This document shows positions 45,710 to 53,468 of a stretch of DNA of 64,000 bases, one piece after another. The position numbers and the translations under genes are program-made. The stretch comes from Vicinamibacterales bacterium (GTDB taxonomy: Bacteria > Acidobacteriota > Vicinamibacteria > Vicinamibacterales > CAVVIG01), in assembly GCA_049679965.1 (NCBI GenBank), contig JBAUGX010000118.1, positions 8,064-72,063 of the forward strand, in the 5' to 3' direction. The notes beneath the pieces are model-generated. The model was given only the letters and a program-made list of their open reading frames with translations. It made no database searches and was not told the origin of the DNA. Position 1 is the stretch's first letter; each line of letters opens with the position of its first letter.

Positions 45710-47833
45710 TTGAGGACCATGCACATGCGAACCCCGATTCTTCTCATCGTGACCGCGCTTCTCCTGCAGCCCGCGGGCGTGATGGGCCAGGGCCTGCCCG
45801 CCAACTCCATTGATTTCGGCGCCCGGGCCACGGAGTTCGCCGCTGGTTCCGACCAGGCGCGAAGCCGGCGCTATCGAGACTCGCGCGACGGCGTCACACT
45901 CGACGCCTTCACGTTCGCAAAAGACACCGACATGCGACGGTTGAGCCTGCAGGCCAATCATGTCGGGTACCTCGACCAGCACTATGCCGCCGCCTGGAAC
46001 GAGTTCGGACGGTTCAAGCTAACCTTCGACTGGAACCAGATCCCGCTGTTGTTCAGTGAGAGCACCAAGACGCTGTTCTCGACATCGAGAGGCGTGCTGC
46101 GCATCAGCGACGCGATCCAGGCAGGCGTGCAAGCGGGCACCACCACGCTCGACGCAGCGGTCTTGGAGGCGCGGCCCCTCGAACTGCGCCTCAGGCGGGA
46201 CGTCGCCGACTTCAGGGTGACGTACAGCGCGACGGACCACGTCGATTTCAACCTGTCGATCAAGAACGCGACGAAGACTGGAAACCAGCCATGGGGCGGC
46301 AACTTCGGCCAATCCAACGACGTGGAGCTCCCCGTGCCGGTCGATACGAGAACGACGGACCTTGGTGCGGGGATCGAGTGGGCCAACGGGCGGACCTCGG
46401 CGCGCCTGGCGTACGACGGATCGTTCTTCACCAACAACGTCAGCACGCTCGTCTGGGACAATCCGCGTCGCGCGACCGACTCGGCCACCGCGGGACCGTT
46501 CCAGGGCCGGATGGCGATGTGGCCCAACAGCAACATGCACACGGGCAGCGCCACCGGATCGCTGACGCTTCCGGCCCGCAGCCACGCGACGGCGTACATC
46601 TCCGTCGGCGACTGGTCCCAGGACGATCCCCTGATCCCCTTCACGATCAACAGCGCCCTGGCGACGATTCCGCTCGACCGGCCGACGGCGAATGCCGACG
46701 CCCGGGTCACGAGCATGAACTACACGTTCCACTCGAGACCGATCGATCTGGTGTCCTATACCGCGCGCTACCGTTCGTACGAGTTCAAGAACCGGACGCC
46801 CGTCTTCAACTCTCCGACCACTGTGTCCTACGACACGACCGTCGCGGCGTTCGCCAAAGGCGGCACGAGTCCCCTCAGTTACACGCGGCGGACCTTGGAC
46901 GCCGACGTGGTGCTGACGCCCTTCACGTACGGGTCGTTCCGTGCAGGGTATACACGCGAGCAGGTCGATCAGACCGTCCGGTTCTTCGATACCACGACGG
47001 AAGATACATTCCGGGTATCCGCCGACACGACGGCCCTGGCCTGGCTCACGCTGCGCGGCGTCTACGAGCACGCCAAGCGCGTCGGTTCGGGGTTCGACGA
47101 GCTGGCGCTCGACGATATCGGCGAGCAAGTGTCGCTGCGCCAATTTGACATTTCAGATCGCACGTCCAATCGGTTCTCAGGCATTGTGCAGGTTGCGCCT
47201 GTGCCTCTCCCGCAGCTGGCGGTGAACGGGTCGGTGTCGGTCGGCGACGAGGATCGTCCGGGTGCGGGATTTGGCCTTCGAAGCAACGGCAATCACGCGT
47301 ACTCGATCGGCGTGGATTTCGTGCCTCGCGACGAAGTATCGATGGGGGTGACGTTCGGGCGTGAGTGGTATACGGCGCTCCAGGCGTCAAGGCAGGCGAA
47401 TCCGGGCGCGCAGTTCAACGATCCCACGCGGGACTGGACGACCAACAGCACCGACACCGCCCAAACCCTGTCGGCCTCGCTCGATCTGCTCAAGGCGTGG
47501 CCGAAGACCGATGTGCGGATGGCGTACGACTACAGCCGTGCGGAATCACAGTACGTGTATGGCTTGGCGCCCAACAGCACGTTGACGCCCGTCGTGCAAC
47601 TGCCCGTGGTCTCAAACGAGCTGCAGCGCGGCACACTCGACGTCCGGTACCATGTCACGCCGCGGCTGGCTCTTGGCCTTGTCTACTGGTACGACCGCTA
47701 CATCGTCAACGACTTCGCACAGGATCCGCAAAGGTTCACCACCCTCGCGCAGCCGTCGTTGCTGATGATGGGGTACTTCTCGCGTCCCTACACCGCCAAC
47801 ACGGTGTCGGCCCGGCTCACCTATTACTGGTAG
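45710..47833 (+). CDS. MtrB/PioB-family outer-membrane beta-barrel (decaheme-associated porin)
   Basis: Signal peptide, about 700 aa with alternating beta-strand-like pattern, and a C-terminal aromatic end (LTYYW). It sits directly after the decaheme gene. The start is uncertain (TTG 45710, ATG 45719 or ATG 45725). Confidence 0.8.
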   Translation: MRTMHMRTPILLIVTALLLQPAGVMGQGLPANSIDFGARATEFAAGSDQARSRRYRDSRDGVTLDAFTFAKDTDMRRLSLQANHVGYLDQHYAAAWNEFGRFKLTFDWNQIPLLFSESTKTLFSTSRGVLRISDAIQAGVQAGTTTLDAAVLEARPLELRLRRDVADFRVTYSATDHVDFNLSIKNATKTGNQPWGGNFGQSNDVELPVPVDTRTTDLGAGIEWANGRTSARLAYDGSFFTNNVSTLVWDNPRRATDSATAGPFQGRMAMWPNSNMHTGSATGSLTLPARSHATAYISVGDWSQDDPLIPFTINSALATIPLDRPTANADARVTSMNYTFHSRPIDLVSYTARYRSYEFKNRTPVFNSPTTVSYDTTVAAFAKGGTSPLSYTRRTLDADVVLTPFTYGSFRAGYTREQVDQTVRFFDTTTEDTFRVSADTTALAWLTLRGVYEHAKRVGSGFDELALDDIGEQVSLRQFDISDRTSNRFSGIVQVAPVPLPQLAVNGSVSVGDEDRPGAGFGLRSNGNHAYSIGVDFVPRDEVSMGVTFGREWYTALQASRQANPGAQFNDPTRDWTTNSTDTAQTLSASLDLLKAWPKTDVRMAYDYSRAESQYVYGLAPNSTLTPVVQLPVVSNELQRGTLDVRYHVTPRLALGLVYWYDRYIVNDFAQDPQRFTTLAQPSLLMMGYFSRPYTANTVSARLTYYW

Positions 47834-47838
47834 CTCAC

Positions 47839-50226
47839 TTACGCCTTCGCATTCCGTAGACGCAGGGCGTTGCCGATGACCGACAGCGAGCTGAAGCTCA
47901 TGGCGGCCGCAGCTATGATGGGACTCAGCAGAAGGCCGAATGCTGGATACAACACTCCTGCGGCGATGGGCACGCCCGCCGTGTTGTAGACGAACGCGAA
48001 AAACAGATTCTGTTTGATATTGCGCATCGTCTGCCGCGAGAGCCCGCGCGCCCGCGCGATGCCGCGCAGGTCGCCCTTCACGAGCGTCACGCCCGCGCTC
48101 TCCATCGCGACATCCGTGCCGGTGCCCATCGCAATGCCCACCTGCGCCTGGGCGAGCGCCGGCGCATCGTTGATGCCGTCACCTGCCATCGCGACGATCC
48201 GGCCCTCCGCCTGCAGGCGCTTGATCTTGTCGGCCTTCTGATCCGGCAGCACCTCGGCCATCACTTCGTCGATACCGAGCTTCCGGGCGACCGCCTGGGC
48301 TGTGGCCTGACTGTCTCCGGTCAGCATCACCAGGCGGACGCCGTCCTTGTGAAGTGCCTCGATCGCCTCGGAGGTGCTCTCCTTGATCGGATCGGCCACG
48401 CCAACCAGTCCGGCCGCCTTGCCGTCGATTGCCACGAACATCACCGTTTGCGCATCCGCCCGGAGCTCCTCGGCGCGTCCCACGAGCGATCGCGCCTCGA
48501 CGCCGAGGCTCTCGAACAAGGCCTTGTTCCCCAGTGCCACCTCGCGGCCATCGACGCGCCCCTTCACGCCCTTGCCCGTGATCGACTCGAACCCCTCGGC
48601 GTTGCCCAAGACAAGCCCTCGGGCAAGGGCGCCGTTGACGATGGCGGCCGCGAGCGGGTGCTCGCTCCCTCGCTCGAGGCTGGCGGCCAGGCGAAGGAGC
48701 TCCGCTTCCTTGACGCCTGGCGCGGGGGTGACGCTCACCAGCGTCGGTTTCCCTTCCGTGAGCGTCCCCGTCTTGTCGACGACCAGCGTATCGACCTTGC
48801 GCAGAACCTCGATGGCTTCCGCGTTCCTGAAGAGCACGCCCATCGTTGCGCCTTTGCCTGTCGCCACCATGATCGACATCGGTGTGGCCAGGCCGAGCGC
48901 GCACGGGCAGGCGATGATGAGCACCGCGACGGCATTGATGAGCGCGTGCGCCATGCGAGGCTCTGGCCCGATGAGCGCCCACACCACGAAGGTGGCGATG
49001 GCGACCAGGATGACGATCGGCACGAAGTAGCCAGAGACGACGTCCGCGAGTTTCTGAATGGGCGCTCGGCTGCGCTGCGCCTCGGCGACCATCGCCACGA
49101 TGCGCGCGAGAAGTGTTTCGGCGCCGACCTTCTCCGCGCGGATGATCAGGCCGCCAGTGCCGTTAATCGTCGCGCCGACCACGCGGTCGCCCGCTTGTTT
49201 CTCCACCGGAATGGGCTCGCCGGTGATCATCGACTCGTCCACATGGCTGTGTCCGTCGACCACGACGCCATCGACCGGCACCTTTTCGCCGGGCCGCACG
49301 CGCAGCCGGTCGCCGACTTCAACGATGTCAAGCGGCACGTCTTCCTCGCGTCCATCCGAACGCAGCCGTCGCGCTGTCTTGGGTGTGAGGCCCAGCAGTT
49401 TTCGGATCGCGGAGCTCGTCTGGCTCCTCGCGCGCAACTCGAGCACCTGGCCGAGCAGGATGAGCGTCGTGATGACGGCGGCGGCCTCGAAGTAGACAGC
49501 GACCTCGCCTTGCGCGCGGAACGAATCAGGGAAGACTCCTGGAAAGAGCGTGGCCACGATGCTGTAGATGTAGGACACGCTCACACCGAGCCCGATGAGC
49601 GTGAACATGTTCAGGTTACGGTGGACGACGGATTGCGCGGCCCGTTCGTAGAACGGCCACGCGGCCCAGAGGCACACCGGCGTGGCGAGCGCGAGCTCGA
49701 CGAGCAGACGCGTCCGCATGGACATGACAGACAGCGATCCGACCCCCGGCAGCATGTCGCTCATCACGGAGATGAGGAGAGGCGCCGTCAGGGCCGCCGC
49801 CAGCCAGAAGCGGCGCGTCATGTCCCGCAATTCGGGATTGTCCTCTTCGTCTGCGCTGGTGACGGTGCGGGGCTCGAGCGCCATCCCGCAGAGGGGACAC
49901 GTGCCCGGTCGGTCACTGAGGATCTCGGGGTGCATGGGACACGTGTAGATCCCGCCCGCTGACTGTTTCGGAGTTGTCGTGGGGTCCGCCTTCAGGCGGA
50001 CCTCGGTCCGGCTAAAGCCGGCCCCCACGTACGTCTTGGGGTTGTCGCGGAACTTCGCCAGGCACCCGGCGCAGCAGAACAGATACGTCTCGCCCTCGTA
50101 GTTGAACCGATGAGGACTCTCCGGCTTGACGCGCATCCCGCACACCGGATCGGTTGCCGTCGCTGGAGGAGCGGGCGTGTGCACGTCCGGGTCGGGCGCG
50201 TGATGCTCGTGCGTCATGCCCATCAT
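47839..50226 (-). CDS. copA: copper-translocating P1B-type ATPase
   Basis: N-terminal Cys-rich TRASH/YHS-like region (CGMRV ... FCCAGC) and YTCPMHPE ... CPLCGM. Also the TM CPC motif ([11 protein letters not shown]), DKTGTLT and [10 protein letters not shown]. Confidence 0.95.
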   Translation of the reverse strand: MMGMTHEHHAPDPDVHTPAPPATATDPVCGMRVKPESPHRFNYEGETYLFCCAGCLAKFRDNPKTYVGAGFSRTEVRLKADPTTTPKQSAGGIYTCPMHPEILSDRPGTCPLCGMALEPRTVTSADEEDNPELRDMTRRFWLAAALTAPLLISVMSDMLPGVGSLSVMSMRTRLLVELALATPVCLWAAWPFYERAAQSVVHRNLNMFTLIGLGVSVSYIYSIVATLFPGVFPDSFRAQGEVAVYFEAAAVITTLILLGQVLELRARSQTSSAIRKLLGLTPKTARRLRSDGREEDVPLDIVEVGDRLRVRPGEKVPVDGVVVDGHSHVDESMITGEPIPVEKQAGDRVVGATINGTGGLIIRAEKVGAETLLARIVAMVAEAQRSRAPIQKLADVVSGYFVPIVILVAIATFVVWALIGPEPRMAHALINAVAVLIIACPCALGLATPMSIMVATGKGATMGVLFRNAEAIEVLRKVDTLVVDKTGTLTEGKPTLVSVTPAPGVKEAELLRLAASLERGSEHPLAAAIVNGALARGLVLGNAEGFESITGKGVKGRVDGREVALGNKALFESLGVEARSLVGRAEELRADAQTVMFVAIDGKAAGLVGVADPIKESTSEAIEALHKDGVRLVMLTGDSQATAQAVARKLGIDEVMAEVLPDQKADKIKRLQAEGRIVAMAGDGINDAPALAQAQVGIAMGTGTDVAMESAGVTLVKGDLRGIARARGLSRQTMRNIKQNLFFAFVYNTAGVPIAAGVLYPAFGLLLSPIIAAAAMSFSSLSVIGNALRLRNAKA
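49979..50034. repeat. REP-like double-hairpin element lying in frame inside copA
   Basis: On the + strand: GGTCCGCC-TTCA-GGCGGACC (perfect 8-bp stem), then GGTCCGGCT-AA-AGCCGGCCC. In the copA sense it encodes ..[19 protein letters not shown].. between the two N-terminal Cys-rich modules. Confidence 0.75.
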
Positions 50227-50352
50227 TGTCTCCTACACCGCCATTCCCGAGACCTTCAACGTGCCTTTCCGCAAGGCGCGCAACTTGGTCGCGTAGAAGA
50301 CAGGAATGAAGATGATGAAGAGCACACCTAGGGCTGCACCCAGGTGCGAGCG

Positions 50353-50796
50353 TCAGCCGATCGACGCGATGACTCGGCGAAGCCGCTGGTCGGCCTCGTC
50401 AACCACCGGCGTCAGCTCCGGGTTGTCGACGATCCTGAACATCGCCCGTGGATCGGCAATGGACACGACAACTCCGCCGCCTTCGGGCGCCGCTTGCACG
50501 ACGACGTTACACGGAAGGAGCAGGCCGATCTGGGGATCAACGGTGAGCGCCTTGTGAGCGAGGGTCGGGTTGCACGCGCCCAGGATGATATACGGCCGGA
50601 ACTCGGCGTTGAGCTTCTTCTTGAGGGTATCCCTGATGTCGATTGTCGTCAGGACGCCGAATCCTTCGTTCCTGAGCGCCGTCGTGACCCGTGCGACGGC
50701 CTCTTCGACCGTTCCTTGCTCGAGGCGGCGCTCAAATCCATAAGAGACCGGGGAAGCCGCCTTGGGCCGGGCCTTGAGTGAATCGGTGTTCAACAT
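50353..50796 (-). CDS. DUF302-domain protein
   Basis: From the ATG at 50796 (GGAGAGAGG RBS): ...VTTALRNEGFGVLTTIDIRDTLKKKLNAEFRPYIILGACNP ... LPCNVVV, the DUF302 pattern. The upstream 88 aa of the track ORF look non-coding. Confidence 0.8.
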   Translation of the reverse strand: MLNTDSLKARPKAASPVSYGFERRLEQGTVEEAVARVTTALRNEGFGVLTTIDIRDTLKKKLNAEFRPYIILGACNPTLAHKALTVDPQIGLLLPCNVVVQAAPEGGGVVVSIADPRAMFRIVDNPELTPVVDEADQRLRRVIASIG

Positions 50797-51218
50797 GGCG
50801 GTATTCCTCTCTCCGATGCCGCATTCCACTTCTGCACAGATTCCTCGAGAACTTCTCGCGCGTCGGGAGACAGCGGTGTGCTGCCCTGGTCGGGCTTCGC
50901 GAAGAGTTGGACGATCCTGAAGAAACGCAAGCCGCCGAACGCCACCTTGAAGGCAAACTCGGCGTTTCCCGCTCTCACGCCGGGCTCGACATCCTGGATG
51001 TTTCCGAACGCCACGATCCGGCCAGATCCCGGGTCCGCGTACCCGCGCGCGGCCGCGCACGAGTAGAAGCGACCGCCCAGATTCACCCGGCCCGCATTCC
51101 CTCCAAGGGACTCGTTCTTCAAGAGACGGATCATCGGGCCGTTCATCTGCACGAGATTGTGCATGACCGCAGGGTCATCGGCGATAGCCGGGTCCATGAC
51201 TGCAAATCTAGTGGTCAC
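50790..51218 (-). CDS. hypothetical protein
   Basis: 142-aa ORF with reasonable GC3. It overlaps the tonB stop and the DUF302 start by a few nt, which suggests an operon. The opposite-strand ORF is Arg-rich. No family recognised. Confidence 0.5.
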   Translation of the reverse strand: MTTRFAVMDPAIADDPAVMHNLVQMNGPMIRLLKNESLGGNAGRVNLGGRFYSCAAARGYADPGSGRIVAFGNIQDVEPGVRAGNAEFAFKVAFGGLRFFRIVQLFAKPDQGSTPLSPDAREVLEESVQKWNAASERGIPPC

Positions 51219-52053
51219 GTTTCTGTCCTTGGATGCTGAAGTTGAACGTCACGGTCAACACGAACGACACCGGCGTGCCGTTCAAAACGAGCGGGGCGTA
51301 CTGCCACTGCCTGAGTGCGTCGATGGCGGCGTTGTCGAGCAGGGGATGACGCGACCGCAAGACCTTGATCGATTCGACACAACCGGTCTTGTCCACAACG
51401 GCTTCGAGAATGACCAGCCCGGTTATCTGCATGACTGACGCGACGCTCGGGTAGACAGGCTCGACGCGGTGGATGAGTGATGGCTCGTGAACCAGTCCGC
51501 CGATTCGCACGGGTGCGTCGGGTGCCTTGGCTGCCGGCGGCGGAGGCGGAGCCTCGGACACGAGGCCACCGACGATCCCGCCAATCGTTCCACCCGGGAC
51601 TCCGCCTTCAACACCGCCTTCAACGCCAGCGACGGTCGTGGCATGGCCGGCATCAGGCTCGGGCGGTCGCACCTCAGGTGGCGCCTCAACCGGTGCCGCC
51701 GCTTCGGCGGTCGGAGCCGGCTTCGGGCGTGACTCAACCGCCCGAGGGGGTCTGGGCGCTGCGGGCGCTGGCGGTGGAGGCGGTGGAGCGGGCGGCGGAG
51801 CCACGAACGCCATCATCCTGGGTGCCGTGGGCAACACCCTGACGCCTTCAGTCATGGCGATAGCGACAACGCCGCCAACGACAGCCGCGTGGAGTGCAAA
51901 AGCCAAGGCCTTCGAGATCGGAGAACGCTCCCGAAGCGGTCGCTCGGTTGTCCCGATAACCAGGTCGAACATACGAAGAAAAAGTGCAGGAACTGCGCCA
52001 GTCAGAAGTCCGTTCGGGAGAGGCTGTTCACGGTGTTTTGACGCCAGGCCCAC
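51208..52053 (-). CDS. tonB: energy transducer TonB
   Basis: N-terminal TM segment, a Pro-rich spacer (PPPAPPPPPPAPAAPRPP), and the C-terminal TonB domain (EPVYPSVASVMQITGLVILEAVVDKTGCV ... LRQWQYAP). The start may be Met28 (51972). Confidence 0.9.
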   Translation of the reverse strand: MGLASKHREQPLPNGLLTGAVPALFLRMFDLVIGTTERPLRERSPISKALAFALHAAVVGGVVAIAMTEGVRVLPTAPRMMAFVAPPPAPPPPPPAPAAPRPPRAVESRPKPAPTAEAAAPVEAPPEVRPPEPDAGHATTVAGVEGGVEGGVPGGTIGGIVGGLVSEAPPPPPAAKAPDAPVRIGGLVHEPSLIHRVEPVYPSVASVMQITGLVILEAVVDKTGCVESIKVLRSRHPLLDNAAIDALRQWQYAPLVLNGTPVSFVLTVTFNFSIQGQKRDH

Positions 52054-52073
52054 AGGGCGAAGGGATTGCCGGG

Positions 52074-52105
52074 GGGACTATTCCGCGAGACCGCGGGATA
52101 GTCCG
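52074..52105. promoter_or_regulatory. 32-bp palindromic enhancer-like element, copy 2 (13-6-13)
   Basis: GGGACTATTCCGC-GAGACC-GCGGGATAGTCCG. It has the same architecture as 42332-42363, and its centre lies about 81.5 bp upstream of the GG of the promoter at 52170. Confidence 0.6.
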
Positions 52106-52169
52106 CGCTATGCCTTGACGCGCCGCCTGAACCCGAGCGTTGTGCGGGTCAGATAGCCATCTTCACGCG

Positions 52170-52184
52170 TGGCACATCGCTTGC
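52170..52184 (+). promoter_or_regulatory. candidate sigma54 promoter TGGCAC-N5-TTGC (consensus) for the MgtC/ATPase operon
   Basis: TGGCACATCGCTTGC lies 46 nt upstream of the ATG at 52230. Confidence 0.65.
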
Positions 52185-52229
52185 CGTTTATGGCCATCGA
52201 CGCGCTCAACGGGCAATACTGAACACGTA

Positions 52230-53468
52230 ATGGAACTTCTCCCTGCCGGCATCATCGTGGCCGCGCTCGGCGGCTTGGCGATTGGCGTCGAGCGGCAGTG
52301 GTCCGGTCATGCGACTGGTCCGCGCGCCCGATTTGCGGGCATCCGGACGTTCACTCTACTCGGCGCGGTCGGAGGTGTCGCCGGCTGGTTGTGGACGCAG
52401 CAGGTCTATGCGCTGGCGACCGTCCTGCTGGCGGCTGGCGCGGCACTCGTGGTCGCCGCCTACATTGCTGCAAGCCGGGCCGAAGTCGATGGCACGACCG
52501 AGGTCGGCGCCATCGTCGTCCTCGGCACGGGCGCGCTGTCTGGCCTCGGTCATATCACGCTCGCGAGCGGCATTGTCGCGGTCACGACGCTCATTCTGCT
52601 CGAGAAGTCTCGTCTGCACGCGTTCGTCGAGCGCCTCGATGATGAGGAGCTGCGGGCGGCGGCACGATTCGCCGTGATGGCGGTCGTCGTGCTGCCGCTC
52701 TTGCCGGCCGGCCCGTACGGGCCGCTCGGCGGCGTTCGGCCGCGCGACATCTGGCTGCTGGTGCTCTTCGTCTCCGGGCTGAGCTTTGCCGGCTACATCG
52801 CCCGCCGCGCCATCGGCGCGAGCCGCGGCTACCCGTTGGCGGGTCTCCTTGGCGGCCTGGTCTCGTCCACCAACGTGACGCTCATGTTCTCCCGCGCGAG
52901 CCGCGACTCGCGCCAGGCCCGCATACCGCTGGCCTACGGCGTTGTGGCGGCGTGCACCGTCTTGTTTGTTCGCGTGGCCATCACCGTGTCGGTCCTCAAC
53001 TCGAGCCTCGCGTGGACGCTGCTGCCGTATCTCGGTCCGCCGTTCGTCGTGGGCGTACTGATTCTGGCGACTGGCTTCCACGATGCGCGCCATGAGCCGA
53101 CACACCTCGACGTGCCCACCAACCCGTTGCAGATCGGCGCGGCCCTGCAGATGGCCGCCATGTTTCAGGCCGTGTTGTTCGCGGTCGATCTGATGCGCCG
53201 GTTCTGGGGCGATGCCGGCGTTATCGTGTCGGGCGCCGTGCTGGGGCTGACCGACATGGACGCGTTGACGATCGCGATGGCACGCGGCGCGTCCTCCGGC
53301 ATCCCGCTCGAGGTTGCGGCGCGCGCCGTCGCGACAGGCATTCTGGCGAACACGGCGCTGAAGCTCGCCCTGGCTGTGGTCATCGGCCGTGCCCGGTTCA
53401 GGCGTGTGGTCGGAGCAAGCCTGGCCGCCATCGGCCTGGCGATTGGCGCGTCGCTGGCGCTTCAGTGA
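52230..53468 (+). CDS. MgtC/SapB-family plus DUF4010 membrane protein
   Basis: From the ATG at 52230: LGGLAIGVERQWSGH ... AGIRTFTLLG (MgtC-like N-terminus), followed by about 10 further TM segments. Confidence 0.75.
   Translation: MELLPAGIIVAALGGLAIGVERQWSGHATGPRARFAGIRTFTLLGAVGGVAGWLWTQQVYALATVLLAAGAALVVAAYIAASRAEVDGTTEVGAIVVLGTGALSGLGHITLASGIVAVTTLILLEKSRLHAFVERLDDEELRAAARFAVMAVVVLPLLPAGPYGPLGGVRPRDIWLLVLFVSGLSFAGYIARRAIGASRGYPLAGLLGGLVSSTNVTLMFSRASRDSRQARIPLAYGVVAACTVLFVRVAITVSVLNSSLAWTLLPYLGPPFVVGVLILATGFHDARHEPTHLDVPTNPLQIGAALQMAAMFQAVLFAVDLMRRFWGDAGVIVSGAVLGLTDMDALTIAMARGASSGIPLEVAARAVATGILANTALKLALAVVIGRARFRRVVGASLAAIGLAIGASLALQ

Noticed and set aside
52057-52071. CGGCAA-N5-TCGC on the minus strand, facing tonB
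   Set aside because: The -12 box is weak (TCGC). The motif lies only about 19 bp from the centre of the 52074-52105 palindrome, too close for enhancer looping, and it would nearly touch the longest tonB start. It is not a convincing divergent promoter.
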